A stretch of 64,000 bases of DNA, from assembly GCF_009914755.1 (NCBI RefSeq), contig NC_060937.1; one strand, written 5' to 3'. Source of the DNA: the human T2T-CHM13v2.0 reference genome, Homo sapiens. The translations under genes and the position numbers were made by a program. The notes under the pieces are model-generated. The model had not been told where the DNA came from, did no database searches, and saw nothing but the letters and a program-made list of their open reading frames with translations. Positions within the stretch are counted from its first letter, which is position 1. Each line of letters starts with the position of its first letter. Shown here in pieces: positions 1 to 13,019 of the stretch.

Positions 1-980
1 CCAGATTTTTCTTTATTGAGAGGCATTTTAATTACAGTTTTGATCTTGTTACTTGTTATTTGTCTGCTCAGGTTTTTAATTTATTCATGGTTCAATCTTG
101 GTAGGTGAGATGGGTCTAGGAATTATTCCTTTTCTTCTAGATTTTCCAATTTATTGGCATATACTTGCTCATATTATTCACCAATGATCCTTTGAATTTC
201 TTCAGCATCAGTTGTAATGTCTCTTTTTATCATCTCTGATTTTATTTGGATCTTCTTGTTCTTTGCTAGTCTGGCTAAAGGTTTTTCAGTTTTGTTTATC
301 TTTTCAAACAACAAACTACTTTCCTTGATCTTTTGTATTTTTCCTTCATTTTAAATTCACGTATTTATTTCTGCTCTGATCTTCATTATTTATTTTCTTC
401 TACCAATTTGGGGTTTGATCTGCTCTTGCTCTTTAAGATGCATCGTTAGGTTATCTATTTGAGAATTTTTCTTTTTTGTAGACATTTATAGATATAAATT
501 TACTTCTTAGTCTGTTTTCAGTATATCCCATAGGCCTTGGTATGTTTAGTTTCCATTATCATCTATGCCAAAAAATATTTCAATTTTCTGTTTAATTTAT
601 TCATTGATCCACTGGTTATTTCAGAGCATATTGTTTAATTTCCATGAGTTTACATAGTTTCCAAAATTCCTCATTATTGATTTCCAGTTTTATTCCATTG
701 TAGTCAGAGAAGATACTTGATTTGACTTTAGTTTTTTTGAATGTTTTAAGACTTGTTTTGTGACCTAAATATGGTGTATCCTCCAGAATAATTCATGTGC
801 TAAGGAGAAGAATATGTATTCTATAGCTGTTGAATGAAATGTTCTGTAAATATCTATTAGGTGCATTTGTTCTGCAGTGCAGATTAAATCTGATATTTCT
901 ATATTGATTTTCTGGCTAGAAGATCTGTCCAATGCTGAAAGCGGGCTGTTGAAGTCTCCAGCTATTATTGTATTGAGGTC

Positions 981-1349
981 TGTATTAGTCTGTTCTCATG
1001 CTGCTAACAAAGACACACCTGAGATTGGGTAATTTATAAATGAAAGAGGTTTAGTTGAGTCACAGTTCCACATGGCTGAGGAGGCCTCTCAGTTGTGGTG
1101 GAAGGCAAAGGGGAAGCAAGACATGTCTTACATGGCAACAGGCAAGAGACAATGAGAGCCGAGTGAAAGGGAAAATCCCTTATAAAACCGTCAGATCTCA
1201 TGAGACTTATTCACTACCACGAGAACAGTGTGGGGGAAACGCTCCCACGATTCAATTAGCTCCCACCAGGTCCCCCCAACAACATGTGGGAATTATGGAA
1301 GCTACAATTCAAGATGACATTTGAGTGGGGATACAGCCAAACCATATCA
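981..1349 (-). mobile_element. THE1B-like solo LTR (ERVL-MaLR)
   Basis: Termini tgtattagtc...ccaaaccatatca are the reverse complement of a THE1 LTR. Perfect 5-bp TSD AGGTC at 976-980 and 1350-1354. Confidence 0.93.
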
Positions 1350-1672
1350 AGGTCTCTCTTTTTAGTGCTAATAATATTTTATTTATGTATCTGTATGCTC
1401 CAGCCCTGGATGTATATGTATTTATAATTGTTATATCCTCTTACTGAATTGACTCCTTTATCATTGTATAATGGACTTTGTCTTTTACAGTTTTTGTCTT
1501 GAAATCTACTTTATCTGATATAAGTATAGCTATTCTTGCTCTTTTTTTTTTGTTTCCTTTGTCATGGAATATTTTTTTTCTATTCCCATTTTCAGTCTAT
1601 GTGTATCTTCATAGGTGAATTGTAGGTAACAGATGATTGAGTCTTGTTTTGTTATCATTCAGCCACTCCATG

Positions 1673-2003
1673 GTTTTTTTGTTTTGTTTTTGTTTTCTTT
1701 TTTCTTTCTTTCTTTTTTTTTTTTTTGAAACGAAGTTTTTACTCTTGTTGCCCAGGCTGGAGTGCAATGGCATACTGCAGCCTCTGCCTCCCAGGTTCAA
1801 GTGATTCTCCTGCCTCAGCCTCCCAGATAGCTAGAATTACAGGCACCCGCCACCATGCCTGGCCAGTTTTTTTTATTTTTAGTAGAGACAGGATTTTGCC
1901 ATGTTGGCCAGGCTGGTCTCAAACTCCTGGCCTCAGATGATCTGCCTGCCTCAGCCTCCTAAAGTGCCGCTGGGATTACAGAAGTGAGGCACTGCACCCG
2001 GCT
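1673..2003 (-). mobile_element. AluS element
   Basis: Poly(T) followed by an antisense dimeric Alu body. Degenerate TSD ccactccatggtttt / ccttccatgtttt. Confidence 0.95.
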
Positions 2004-4101
2004 CCTTCCATGTTTTTTTACTGGAGAGTTTATTCTATTCATATTCAATGTTATTATTGACTAGTAAGAACTTACCTTCTGCCATTTTGTTATTTGTTTT
2101 CAAGTTGTTTTATGTTCTTCCCTTTCTTGCTTTTTGTCTTCCTTTTAGTGAAGGTGTCAACCTGCAATTTTTAAGCTAAAATTAATATTTTATAGTAAAA
2201 TACCCTTGACATTTTGAAGTTATTCATATCTGTATATAATTTATTACTTTTCTTTTGTTTTTTTAAAGAATGATCCACCATTTCTTAAGTGCCATTTAAA
2301 ATTTTTTCTTAATATATGGCTTTTGTTTAATTTCCATGTTAGTCTAACTTTGCAAAATGAATTAATAAATAATCCATGTGGATCTCATTTATTTTTAGAT
2401 TTGGTCTTGTGCTGCCTTTCCATTTTTTTGATCTAATTTTTATTTTGTCTCTTTGTTTAAGCTTATTATTACAAGTTATAACTTAGGAGAAAATAATCCA
2501 TATGATATATAGTAAACAAGTATTTGAGTACAAGTATTACCCTATAATCTCAAATTTAAAATATACATCTTATAGATTATATATTTATGCATATATATTA
2601 AATATTTTTCTTACATTACTAAAGCTATGCATACATTTTTGTGTTGTCAAAGAGCCAATCTAAGATTTAATTAATAACTCTAGTATTTTAGTTGGTTTAA
2701 GTTTCTAAATTATCTTTTTATTTTTACAAATTTGTTATTTTTATTTTTTACTTTATTTTGTCTTTTCTCAGATTCATGATATTAAAGTTTTATTTATTAA
2801 ATTTTTTTCTTTTTTTCCTAAGAAGTATATTTTTAAACACAATATTGTATTTGAGAACTGCTTGGATTATAACCCACAAGGTTTTTTAATTTAATATTCA
2901 TTGTTTTCTACAATAATGGTCAAATATAGAGGTAGAATAAAATGGTAAATTAAACCCCATATGTGCATGCTACCAAGGTTCAAAATATTTCAATTTTCTT
3001 CAATTGATTTAGTTGTCCTTTTTTCTCTAAATAATTTCAAACAAATTTTCCATGGGTCAAGGTATTTTGTTGATATATACTGCAATATTTGTCTTTCATG
3101 GTACAGGTATTTTCACATGTAACTATGATGCTATTCTGTTGTAGTATTTCCCTGAATATTTCTGAGTTTCTCCAAATTATTATTTAGAATTTATTTTTTG
3201 GATAAGATTTTAACCAAGGTTCACATACTGCATGTAGTTGTGACATGCCCTAAGCCAGGCCAGAACACTTCCTTTTTTTCTTTCTTTTTTATTTGCAAAC
3301 CTACTTTCTTTTGGAATGCCCCACATTCTGGCTGTTTCTGTTTGTTCTCTTATAAAATCATTTAGCTAATTTCCGTAATCCCTGCATTTGTTGAAAATTG
3401 AAGGTACATCTGGAGTTTCCTTATTTTAAAAAATTTGAAATGAACACTTTATAGATATTCACTGAGATTCATATTGTTTTACATAAGGAAACACAAAATA
3501 TCCTATTGCCTATTTTTAGAGAAGCTAAGATTCAATTGTGGTTCAGAAGACAACAGCTTCTTTTTTCCTTTTTGAAATTTTCCATCAAGGAGTCATTCAA
3601 AAATTTCAATTATTACTTATTGTTTCCGAAATAATAATTTCTGAAGAATTGCCAAATGTAGATTTTGAAATATTTTTACTTTCCTTGTATTTTGGCTTTC
3701 ATGATACATATTTGTTCTTAGCTTTCTTCAAATTTAGTTTTTCTTCTGAAACTAAAAGAATATGTTTTTCTAATTGTTTGCTAATATTTGTCAGTTTTCA
3801 CTTTACATCCTCCTGCTGTCTGGCTAAAAAGATTAAAATTTGTTTGTATTCTAATCAGTGTTTTTACAAAGCTTGGTATTTCTCTATAGAACTTTAAATC
3901 ATCTTTTTACTCTTTTAATTTGCTTGGTGGACACATTCTTCTGATATGCATCATTTTCTATTGAATTTTAGGTATATTTTATTTTTTGTCTTAAATAAAG
4001 TTTTTGGGTTTAATTGTAATCAATTTTTGTTTCTAATGTCTAAATGAGACAAGTGTCCTAAATTATGAAGAAAAGTTTTATCCCAACTATTTTGTATTTT
4101 C

Positions 4102-4150
4102 ATATATATGTATATATTATATATTTTATATATATTATATATTTCATGTA
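4102..4150. repeat. Degenerate (TA)n tract
   Basis: Directly visible TA-rich run. Confidence 0.9.
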
Positions 4151-4879
4151 TATATTATATATATATATAGAGTTCTTGGTATTCTGAACACCATGGTTCA
4201 ACTTCTGCTCAATTTCTTTATTTATTTGAGGATTGTGAAGAAGCTGGCTAAATCTTTTTTTTTTCTTTCATAAGGGGAGACATATGATTCACTGCTTGTC
4301 TTGGTATTGTCATATCTCTAATATGATTCTCTATGATGCTCAGTCTTCAGGATGTTTTCTCACCAAAAACTCTTCTCAAGGAAATTCATTTATCTTACTA
4401 TTTTATTTCTCCTTCACTTCTGTCCTATAAATAAGATAATTATTTTCACTGAAGTCAAGAATACAGACTTAAGAAGTACTGTAGATTTATAGATTTAAGT
4501 GTGTATTTTATACCTGTCACACCTTTGCCCTATGAAACCCAAAAATCTTTCCTTTTTTGTTATGTATCATCAATTTCTTTATTTTTCACAAGTTTTTCAG
4601 TAGAAAAGACCTCTATACATAAAGTTAAGGACTGATGATATCTAATGTTTATTTAACACAATGTTTTGCTAATACTGTTCCTTAAAACCACATATGTCAA
4701 AAATGTTTGGATGCATTTGAATCTATTAGTCTAATGATTAGAGTGCTTTTTCTTAACTTTCTATTTCCAAGTTAATGGGTATAAAGTATAATATCTTGTT
4801 TATCAAGCATGGTAGTGTTGCCTTTTTATTAAGTCAATTATAATCTCAGGAACTTAAAATCGATTTCAATGATTCTGCT

Positions 4880-5270
4880 ATATTTCCATTTGTGTCTGAA
4901 CTTGAGGTAATGTAAATTGCAGAGCTGTGTTCGTCTGCTGAGGAAGAGAGAAAGCCAGTCTACAGGGATAAGAATGAAACAGACATACAAAGTGCTGCAG
5001 AGATGAGAGGTCATGTGGCTCCAGGGGGAGAGGGAAAGACTGATGATTTGGAAGCTTTGATCCTTGATAGATTTCTGTATCCCGTTTCTCAGCCCTCAGG
5101 AGGCCTAAATGTACTGTCTGCCCTTGTGTTACATAAAATACTGTTGCATCCTTTACTTACATCGTTTTAATAAATTTATCTTCTTTTCTGTTCTTTTATT
5201 CTATTTTGTTTTTGCTCAAGGCATTTTCAATTCAGTTCTTTAATGAGCCAAGAATTAACCTTGACTAACA
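4880..5270 (+). mobile_element. Old MLT1-type LTR fragment
   Basis: MLT1-like 'gagaaagccagtctac...agagatgagag', an AATAAA and a 3' end 'ttgactaaca'. Confidence 0.55.
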
Positions 5271-5990
5271 TGAATATTATTTGCAGCTTATATTGTAGAG
5301 TGATGAATTTAAGAAATTGTGTGTCACTTACTATACAATTATGAGAAGTAAATGATAACACACAAAATAGTTTTCAGTTGTATTTTTCTTATCCTTGCTA
5401 TCTCAACTTCACTTTTAGTTCTACTTGTTTAATCGTATTTCTAATTCCTACTGCGTCAAATTGATTAGACTATCAACGATTCCTGAAGTAATTTACTACT
5501 GATGGCGTGGAAATCTCTCACTGTTGAAAGAAAAGGGGAAAAAAAAGAGGGTGAATATTCTGAGTCAAATAGTTGTTATGGTGGCATCTTTATACTGCCA
5601 GCATGTGTTTTAATATTTTAATCACTTTTGCTATTTGAATAAATTAAAATGGAAATACTGCTTCTAAAAGCAACAAGGTGCTTTTACTTTCATTTAAAGG
5701 TATACAATTCCATTCTTTATAGGAAAGCACTGATCATACATTCAAAAGAAACCTGTGTGAAGATTTATTACAATTACATGATATAAATCTGATTTACATA
5801 ATTTTTACAGACTATATTATATTATAATTACATAATATAAATCTTAGTTGAATTATTGTCATTATTATGCCAGTTTTATAATATAATTTTGTAAACCAGG
5901 TAATAAAATATCTGGCTTATAGCACATATTTGGTAACTGATTATATTTAACATTAACCTGGAGAAGATAAATGTATAATGTATACATTAA

Positions 5991-6435
5991 TGCCGCGGTT
6001 TGCCACAGTTACTATGGGACTGAACAAATGAGGACAAACGCAGAAATGAAAACTTAAAACAAAAGTAAGTATTTTAAAGGAAGGGTAACATGGGGAAGAA
6101 GAGGTCTCCCTTCTTCTAATAAGCAAAGGCAGCCCCCTGGCCTCTACAGCCCTTCGTATTTATTGGGTAGAAAGAGCAAGGAGCAGGAGGTAACGATTGG
6201 TCAGCTGCTTAATTGATCACAGGTTCACATTATTGAGAACAGGCTTCAGATGTGCCTAACTACAAGAAACACTTGCGCCTGGGGTGTGGCTGCCCTCAGC
6301 ATTCCTTCTGGGTGGCAGACGCAGTTTGTCAGTTTGCCAACAATCTCCTTTCGTGAGAACAGTTTGCTATTTACTCATGTAGCCTCCAGTGGCATACTGA
6401 GTTGATCACGACCCTCACTCTTTCATCCTGCAGCA
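5991..6435 (-). mobile_element. Solo ERV LTR, ~445 bp (resembles LTR3-type; family uncertain)
   Basis: GC-richer block with TG...CA termini in an AT-rich context. Minus-strand AATAAA ('tttatt' ~6159) and CCAAT ('attgg'). Flanks attaa/cttaa form a near-TSD. Confidence 0.8.
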
Positions 6436-6964
6436 CTTAATAATAGTCATTCTTTCTTTAGGTACACTGTCTCATGTGAGTTACTAAATACAGGGTATTA
6501 AGAAAAAGTATAAGCAGGTGTCTCAAAACAACATTTAGAAGATGGGAAATTATTTTAAAGTGATTCTAAAGCTTTGAATACTTTGGTGGGTAATACGCAT
6601 TAAAGTTTGAAGAACTATCTTCTCAGTTGAGCTTAGGGCTTTTTTGGTGTCTCCTGGAAGACCAGTTCCCTTCATGGTTTCACTATTTCCTCGCTTTAAA
6701 CAAATTTGTATTCCTTTTATATCATTCTAAGATGTTCTATTTAATTAAAATGCTTGATTGCATACTACTTAGTGAGTCAACTTATATGAGATAATATGTT
6801 TTTATTTTTTAATGTTTGACCAATAACATGACTTTAATATTTAAACATTTCAGGTTAATACAAGCTGAAATAGGAGCTATTTTTGAGTTAATGCAGATGC
6901 TCCTGAACTCACATTCTACAAATAAACCTGTCTGTTTACTAAAGTATTTTAGGCTCATTAAGAG

Positions 6965-7135
6965 ATTCTTTGGTTTTTTTGAGGAATCTCCACAGTTTTC
7001 CATAATGAATGTACTAATTTACATCCCCACCAGCAGTGTACAAGGATTCTCCTTTCCTCCACATCTTCATCAAAGTTTGTTATCTTTCTTCTTTTTTGTA
7101 ATAGTTATTCTAACAAGTGTGAGGTACACCTCAAT
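6965..7135 (-). mobile_element. L1M ORF2 3' fragment
   Basis: 'gaggaatctccacagttttccataat...actaatttacatccccaccagcagtgtac' is a typical antisense L1 segment. Confidence 0.85.
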
Positions 7136-7149
7136 ATAATATTAACCTA

Positions 7150-8575
7150 AGTTTCTGAAGAATCAGGGAGATTAGTTCTAAGTTGATTTGTTATAGGTTT
7201 CCAACTACTTTAATCACAGTGTATGTGAGTACAAAACTGTATATGCACGGGATATTTTGCAGTATAGAATGTGTGCCTTTTTACCTCCCTTGTATAGTAA
7301 GAATAAAATTTTCTCCTAATAGTCAAAATCCATCACAAAGACAACATAGTGAAATATTTTTTGCTTGTTGATATGTTGCTATAGAAAGCCCAGCATGTCT
7401 ATGTGCCAGTCTCAACTTCCAGTTCAGCAAAATCTGTTATATCCTCTGGTGGAAGCATTCCTCACTTTGGAACTAAGACCTTTAGATCAGTAGAGATTAA
7501 AATTCTGGGGACAAGATGCCAACATTTTGCTAGTAGATAATTAAGAAAGATAGTGAGTAGAGCCATTCTTGTCTCAACCTCTTAATTGCCACACCAATAA
7601 ATCCTGGTTATGGGTAAAACAAGGCAATATATTCATCGCTAATTGAGAACACTTACTGTGCCCCAGAAGACATTTGCCTGCACGTATAAGTCTAAGTCTT
7701 CAAAAGGTTATCTGCTATCCTATCAAGTCATTGCTTCAGAATACCAGAGAATATGACAAAAACCAGTACGTTTCATAAGAGTGGGCCTTTGGGCTCATTA
7801 TACAGCATATATTTAATATGCTGTATAATGTCTTTCTGTATAGTGCCTTGATCACACATGATGGTATTTGTAATACCAGATTGGTACAAAAGTAATCGTG
7901 GTTATTGCCAATAAAATGTAATGGCAATTACTTTTGATGGCAAAAACCAAAAATGGCAAAATTTGCCATTACTTTTAATGGCAAAAACCACATTTACTTT
8001 CACACCAATCTAATATCATGATAATGGATAAAGCAATATGTGAGTTCATGGATTGTGGGAGAAGCATTGCAGACAGAAGAGACAAATTTAAACTTATACC
8101 TAGAGTGCATACCTATTACACTACAAACAAAACTCTACTTCTTCCATGTTGGAAGGTCTAATTTCTGCCATACTGAGGAATAATTCTTGATTCCTGAGGT
8201 TGGCAGATTTGACACTCAGCAGTGGTGAGAACCAGGTCACCTTTAGTGAGTGGAAGTCCATGTGGATTAACCTCTATTCTTATCATCATGGCCACTTTAT
8301 TCAGAACAGTGAGCCATAACATACATTCCTGGGAAAAGTGTCTGCCTAGCATTCACAAAATTGTCATTCTTTTCACTTTATTTTAAAAATTCTTTTCTAG
8401 CAGAGTAATTCTTCAGTGAGTATTGGTATAGGATATAAATATCTTTATATACTGTTTCTATCAGGCAGATCTGTCCAAATACTTTTGTTGCCAATTTTCC
8501 AATTGTGTATTTTTTCAGATCTTTGACAAAACAGACAGGCCATTAGCTACATTTCCCTGTTGGTGGCGATTTGGT
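7150..8575 (-). mobile_element. ERVL internal fragment (end of RNase H, integrase and downstream region), degenerate
   Basis: ORF 8158..8352 contains HGLPLTKGDLVLTTAECQICQ, the ERVL integrase zinc-binding region (HGLPLTKADLATATAECPICQ). Confidence 0.8.
7876..8013. mobile_element. MADE1 (Hsmar1-derived MITE), internally expanded to 138 bp
   Basis: Inverted termini ttggtacaaaagtaat... / ...tactttcacaccaatctaa, flanked by TA at 7874-7875 and 8014-8015. Confidence 0.9.
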
Positions 8576-8619
8576 TATTTTCATTTCAGAGTTCATTTTG
8601 AATGGTTTTTATGAGCATT

Positions 8620-8925
8620 ATTGCATAAGACTTTGTGTTCAATTATTATCAGTAAATATTTACAAGTGTAATTGCTGGATCATTCAGTACTGTAAGTGTA
8701 GCTTTATAAAATATTATCATGCAATTCTCCAAAGTAGTTGAAGAGTCATTTAAGAAATTTTGAGTTTTGCTACATTCTCACCAATATGTGTCATGCCAGC
8801 TTTTTAAGATTTCAGACATTCTAGTGAGTTTAATTGGTATCTCATGGAGGTATTAATTTGCATGTCTTCATTATTAATGACATTCAGTACTTCCTGTACA
8901 GTCATTAGCCAGTCTTATATCCTCT
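8620..8925 (-). mobile_element. Old L1M fragment
   Basis: 'tggtatctcatggaggtattaatttgcat' antisense L1 motif. Confidence 0.7.
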
Positions 8926-9144
8926 TTTATAGGTGGTTCGTTGATGTGCTCAATAGGAAATCTCAGTCCCTCTCCAGGTGTAGCCCTCCACAGAAATGCT
9001 TGAGCATCCTTATAATATTGCTGTGGAATTTCCCTAAAACAATTAGAAAGAGAGAGGAAGACAGAGGAGGGCAGAGGGAGGGAGGGAGGGAGAGAGAGAG
9101 AGAGACAAAGAGACTGAGAGTATAAGCTTGTACCTATCCCTTTT

Positions 9145-11218
9145 GTTTATTTTATCTTATTTCCAAATTTTAAGTTCAGGAGTACATTGCAGGATGTACA
9201 GGTTTGTTAAATAGGTAAACATGTTCCACAGTAGTTTGCTGCACAGATCATTCCATCACCTTGGTATTAAGCTCAGGTTGTTAACTTGAGATCTTTCTAG
9301 ATTACTGATGTGAGTATTTGGTGCTATAAACTGTCCTCTTAACACTGCTTTAGCTGCATCCCAGAGGCTCTGGTACATTGTATATTTGTTCTCATTAGTT
9401 TCAAAGAACTTCAGGATGACTGTCTTAATTTTATTATTTACCCAAAAGTCATTTAAGAGCAGGATGTTCAATTTGCATATAGTTGTGTGGCTTTGAGTGA
9501 ATTTCTTAATCTTGAGTTCTAATTTGATTGTGCTCTGGTCTGAGAGGCTGTTTGTTGTGATTTCAGTTCTCTTGCATTTGCTAAGAAGTGTTTTACTTTT
9601 GATTATGTGATCAGTTTTAGAGTAAGAACTGTGTGGCAATGAGAAGAATGTATATTTTGTTGTTTTTGGGTGGAGAGTTCTGTAGATATCTATCAGGTCC
9701 ACTTAATCCAGAGCTAAGTTCAGGTCCTGAATATCTTTGTTAATTTTCTGTCTCAATTACCTGTCCAATATTGTCAGTGGGGTGTTAAAATCTCCCACTA
9801 TTATTGTGTGGGAGTCTAAGTCTCTTTGAAGGTCTTTAAGAAATTGCTTTATGAATCTGAGTGCTTCTGTTTGGGGTGCATATATATTTAGGATAGTTAG
9901 CTCTTCTCGTTGAATTGAACCCTTTACCATTATGTAATGCCCTTCTTTGTCCTTTTTGATCTTCGTTTGTTTAATGTTTGCTTTGTCAGAAACTAGGATT
10001 GCAACCCTGCTTTTTTTTGTTTTCCATTTGCTTGGTAAATTTTCCTCTACCCCTTTATTTTGAGCTGGTGTGGCTTTCCATTCTGTGTCTTTTAACTGAG
10101 ACATGTATACCATTTACATTTAAGGTTAATATTGTTATGTGTGGGTTTGATCCAGTCATCATGATGTTAGCTCGTTATTTTGCAGACTTGTTTATGTGGT
10201 TGCTTTTTAGTATAACTTGTCTGTGTAGTTCAGTGTGTGTTAGTAGTGGCTGGTAAGGTTTTCCCTTTTCATATTTAGTGCTTCCTTTAGGAGCTCTTGT
10301 AAGGCAGGTCTGGTGGTAACAAATTCTTTCAGCATTTACTTCTCTGAAAATAATCTTATTTCTCTTTTGCTTATAAAGCTTAGTTGGGCCAGATATGAAA
10401 TTCTGGGTTAGAAATTCTTTGTTTTAAGAATCTCTTCTGGTTTGTACAGTTTCCACTGGGAGGTCTGCTGTTAGTCTGTTACACTTCCCTTTGTAGATGG
10501 CCTGGCCTGACCTTTTGCTCTGGTGGTACTTAACATTTTTTTTTTTTCATTTTGACCTTGGAGAATCTGATGATTATGGGTCTTGGGGATGATCTTCTCA
10601 TGGAGTATCTTACTGGGGCTTCTGAGTTTCCTGAATTTGAATGTTGGCCTGTCTTGTTATGTTGAGAATGTTCTCCTGGATGATATCCTGAAGTATGTTT
10701 TCCAAGTTGGTTCTATTCTCCCTATCCCTTTCAGGTATCCCAATCAGTTGTAGATTTGGTCTCTTTACATAATCCCATATTTCTCAGAGGTTTTGTTCAT
10801 CCCTTTTCATTCTTTCTTCTCTATTCTTGTCTGCCTGTCCTATTTTAGAAAGACAGTCTTCAAGCTCTGAGATTCTTTCCTTCGCTCTCTCTATTCTGCT
10901 ATTAATACTAGTGATTGCACTGTGAAGTTCTTGTAGTGTGTTTTTCACCTCTATCAGGTCTGTTATGTCCCTCTCTAAACTGGCAATTTTGTCTGTGAGC
11001 TCCTGCATTGTTTTATCATGATTCTCAGTTTCTTTGCATTGTGTTACAACATGCTTCTTTGGCTCAGGGAAGTTTGTTTTTAATCCACATTCTGAAACCT
11101 ATTTTTGTCATTTCAGCCATCTCAGCCTAAGCCTAGTTCTGAGCCCTTGCTGGGAGGTGTTGTGGTCATTTGGAGGAAAAGGGGCACTCTTGCTTTTTGA
11201 GCTTTTCAGTATTGTGTA
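9145..11218 (-). mobile_element. Older L1PA (approx. L1PA13-16): ORF1, ORF2 endonuclease and the extreme 3' end, with the RT region deleted
   Basis: ORF 10784..11008 is the ORF1 coiled coil (ERISELED). ORFs 9757..10113 (IIVGDFNTPL) and 9256..9702 (DIYRTLHP...KTDH) are ORF2 EN. 9145-9276 is the antisense L1 3' terminus. Confidence 0.93.
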
Positions 11219-11594
11219 AGTATTAATATTTGTTTTTATTGATCTTATCTTCCATTAAGGAATTTTTTTCTATCTTAAAATGTGTATTTATTTTAATATA
11301 AAAGAACTTGTTTAGTAATTTTTATAAAATAAAAATATACTATATATAAAATATATACTATTCAGTAAAACTAAAATGATTAATTTGTTAAAGGGGAACA
11401 CTTATTTATTTTTTTAAAGGGGGAAATTAGACAAATACCTGTTTTTCCTATAGAGTCAAATATAGCTATAATTTGAGAAAGTTGATTTATTTTCAGATAA
11501 TTTAAAATCAATAAAGTTTTTGCCATATTTTTCACTTTTGAAAAGGCATTAACCTAACTTTTTATGTGAAAAAAGATTTCATATTATGTTACAG

Positions 11595-11872
11595 CAAACT
11601 TTTGTGCATCAAATAACACCAGTAAAAAGAGAAAATGTAAGCAATAAAATGGAAGAAAATGTTTGCAAATTGTTTATATAATAAAAACCTAGTATCTAGA
11701 ACATATATATAACTCATATAATTTAACAATAGAATGGCTAATAACCCAATTGAAAATGGACAAAATAATAGAACTTTCTCCAAAGATGATGTACAAATGG
11801 CCAATTAGCACATGAAAAGGTGATCAATATTATTAGTTATTTTGAAAATGCTAGTCAAAACCACAGTAGAAT
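11595..11872 (+). mobile_element. Old L1M ORF2 3' fragment
   Basis: 'aatggaagaaaatgtttgcaaat...caaatggccaattagcacatgaaaag...aaaccaca' sense L1 motifs. Confidence 0.85.
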
Positions 11873-12593
11873 AATTTTAATAGTCACTCTGGTTTTTAAA
11901 ATATATCACAAAATCAAAATAAAAGGAAATAAATTAGTAGTTCAATAATATGGATTCCACTATTTACATTTGCATCCTGACTAACTTAGAAGATATGACA
12001 AAGTCATTCTGTACTTACATCTACATGTAGAATAACTGGAAAATCATTGCATTGGTAAATGATATATTTCAATCTCACAAACAGCATTATTAAGATAACA
12101 CATTTTATTGACATGATAAAAAATTAGTCTAATTTTGAACAAAACAAACTGCCTTATTCCTACAACTGACATAGTAGTTGCATTTGTAGAATTTGTTATA
12201 AATATTAAACTCTTGCAAAAATAATTTTGCTATAGAGATTTAAATGTTGTTTAGAAAAATATAAGCTGTTTTTTTAGTCTACATGCATATGCAACAGAAG
12301 ATTTCATTATTCTTCCAGGTTAGGGAAAACACTTCATTTCTTTGGAGTGATGTGTACATTGCAAATCACAGTAACATCCCTGACACTCTATATCAGTCAA
12401 CCACTACAGGCAATTAGCATTTCTAAAGAATAAGGTAGAATACAACAATGTTTTCTGAAATATCTCCTTTTTCAGTGATTGGATGCTTTAACGAAACAGC
12501 TTTACACACACTTCTGTGGAAATTACAGCCATGTATTTCTCTTATATAATGCCTTCTGTCTCTGTTACAAAGTATTTTTAAAACTTTGACTGA

Positions 12594-12900
12594 TTTTTAT
12601 TTATTTATTTAGAGAAAGAATCTCACTCTGTCACCCAGGCTGGAGTGCAGTGTATGAACATGGCTTACTGCAGTCTTGACCTCGTGGGCTTAAGTGAGCT
12701 TCCCTCCCCAGCCGTCCAAGTAGCTGGGACTGCAGGTGTGCACCACCATGCCTGGATAATTTTTTCTATTTTTTTTCTAGAGATAGGATCTCTCTGTGTT
12801 TCCCAGGCTGGTCTCAAACGCTTGGGCTCAGGTGATCCTCTTTTGAAGGCTCAGCCTCCCCAAATGCTGGGATTACAGTTGTGAGTCATGGCACCCAGCT
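12594..12900 (-). mobile_element. AluJ element
   Basis: Antisense Alu with J-type 'atggcttactgcagtcttgacctcgtgggcttaag'; highly diverged. Confidence 0.92.
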
Positions 12901-13019
12901 TATAAATTATTTTTTAAATGGTGACAGGCACCTACAATCATCTTCAAAATGACATGTTGAAGAATCTGGGCATAAGCTGAGGAGTTACTGAAAAACTTGT
13001 TGGTAGGTCATTTAGTAAA

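Larger units (their letters stand above)
1..2156 (-). mobile_element. Old L1 (L1M/L1PB-era) ORF2 5' region including the endonuclease domain, interrupted by a THE1B LTR and an Alu
   Basis: Antisense L1 ORF2 motifs (e.g. 'agatctgtccaatgctgaaagcgggctgttgaagtctcca'). The tail of ORF 1609..1800 (EWLNDNKTRLNHLLPTIHL) appears to be a frameshifted remnant of the ORF2 N-terminus. Confidence 0.85.

Noticed and set aside
1-620. Similarity between 1-620, 28500-29100 and 49500-50070 as a segmental duplication
   Set aside because: These are the same ORF2 region from independent, diverged L1 copies.
3538-3897. 119-aa hydrophobic ORF
   Set aside because: Non-ATG start, T-rich compositional artefact, no recognisable domain or splice structure.
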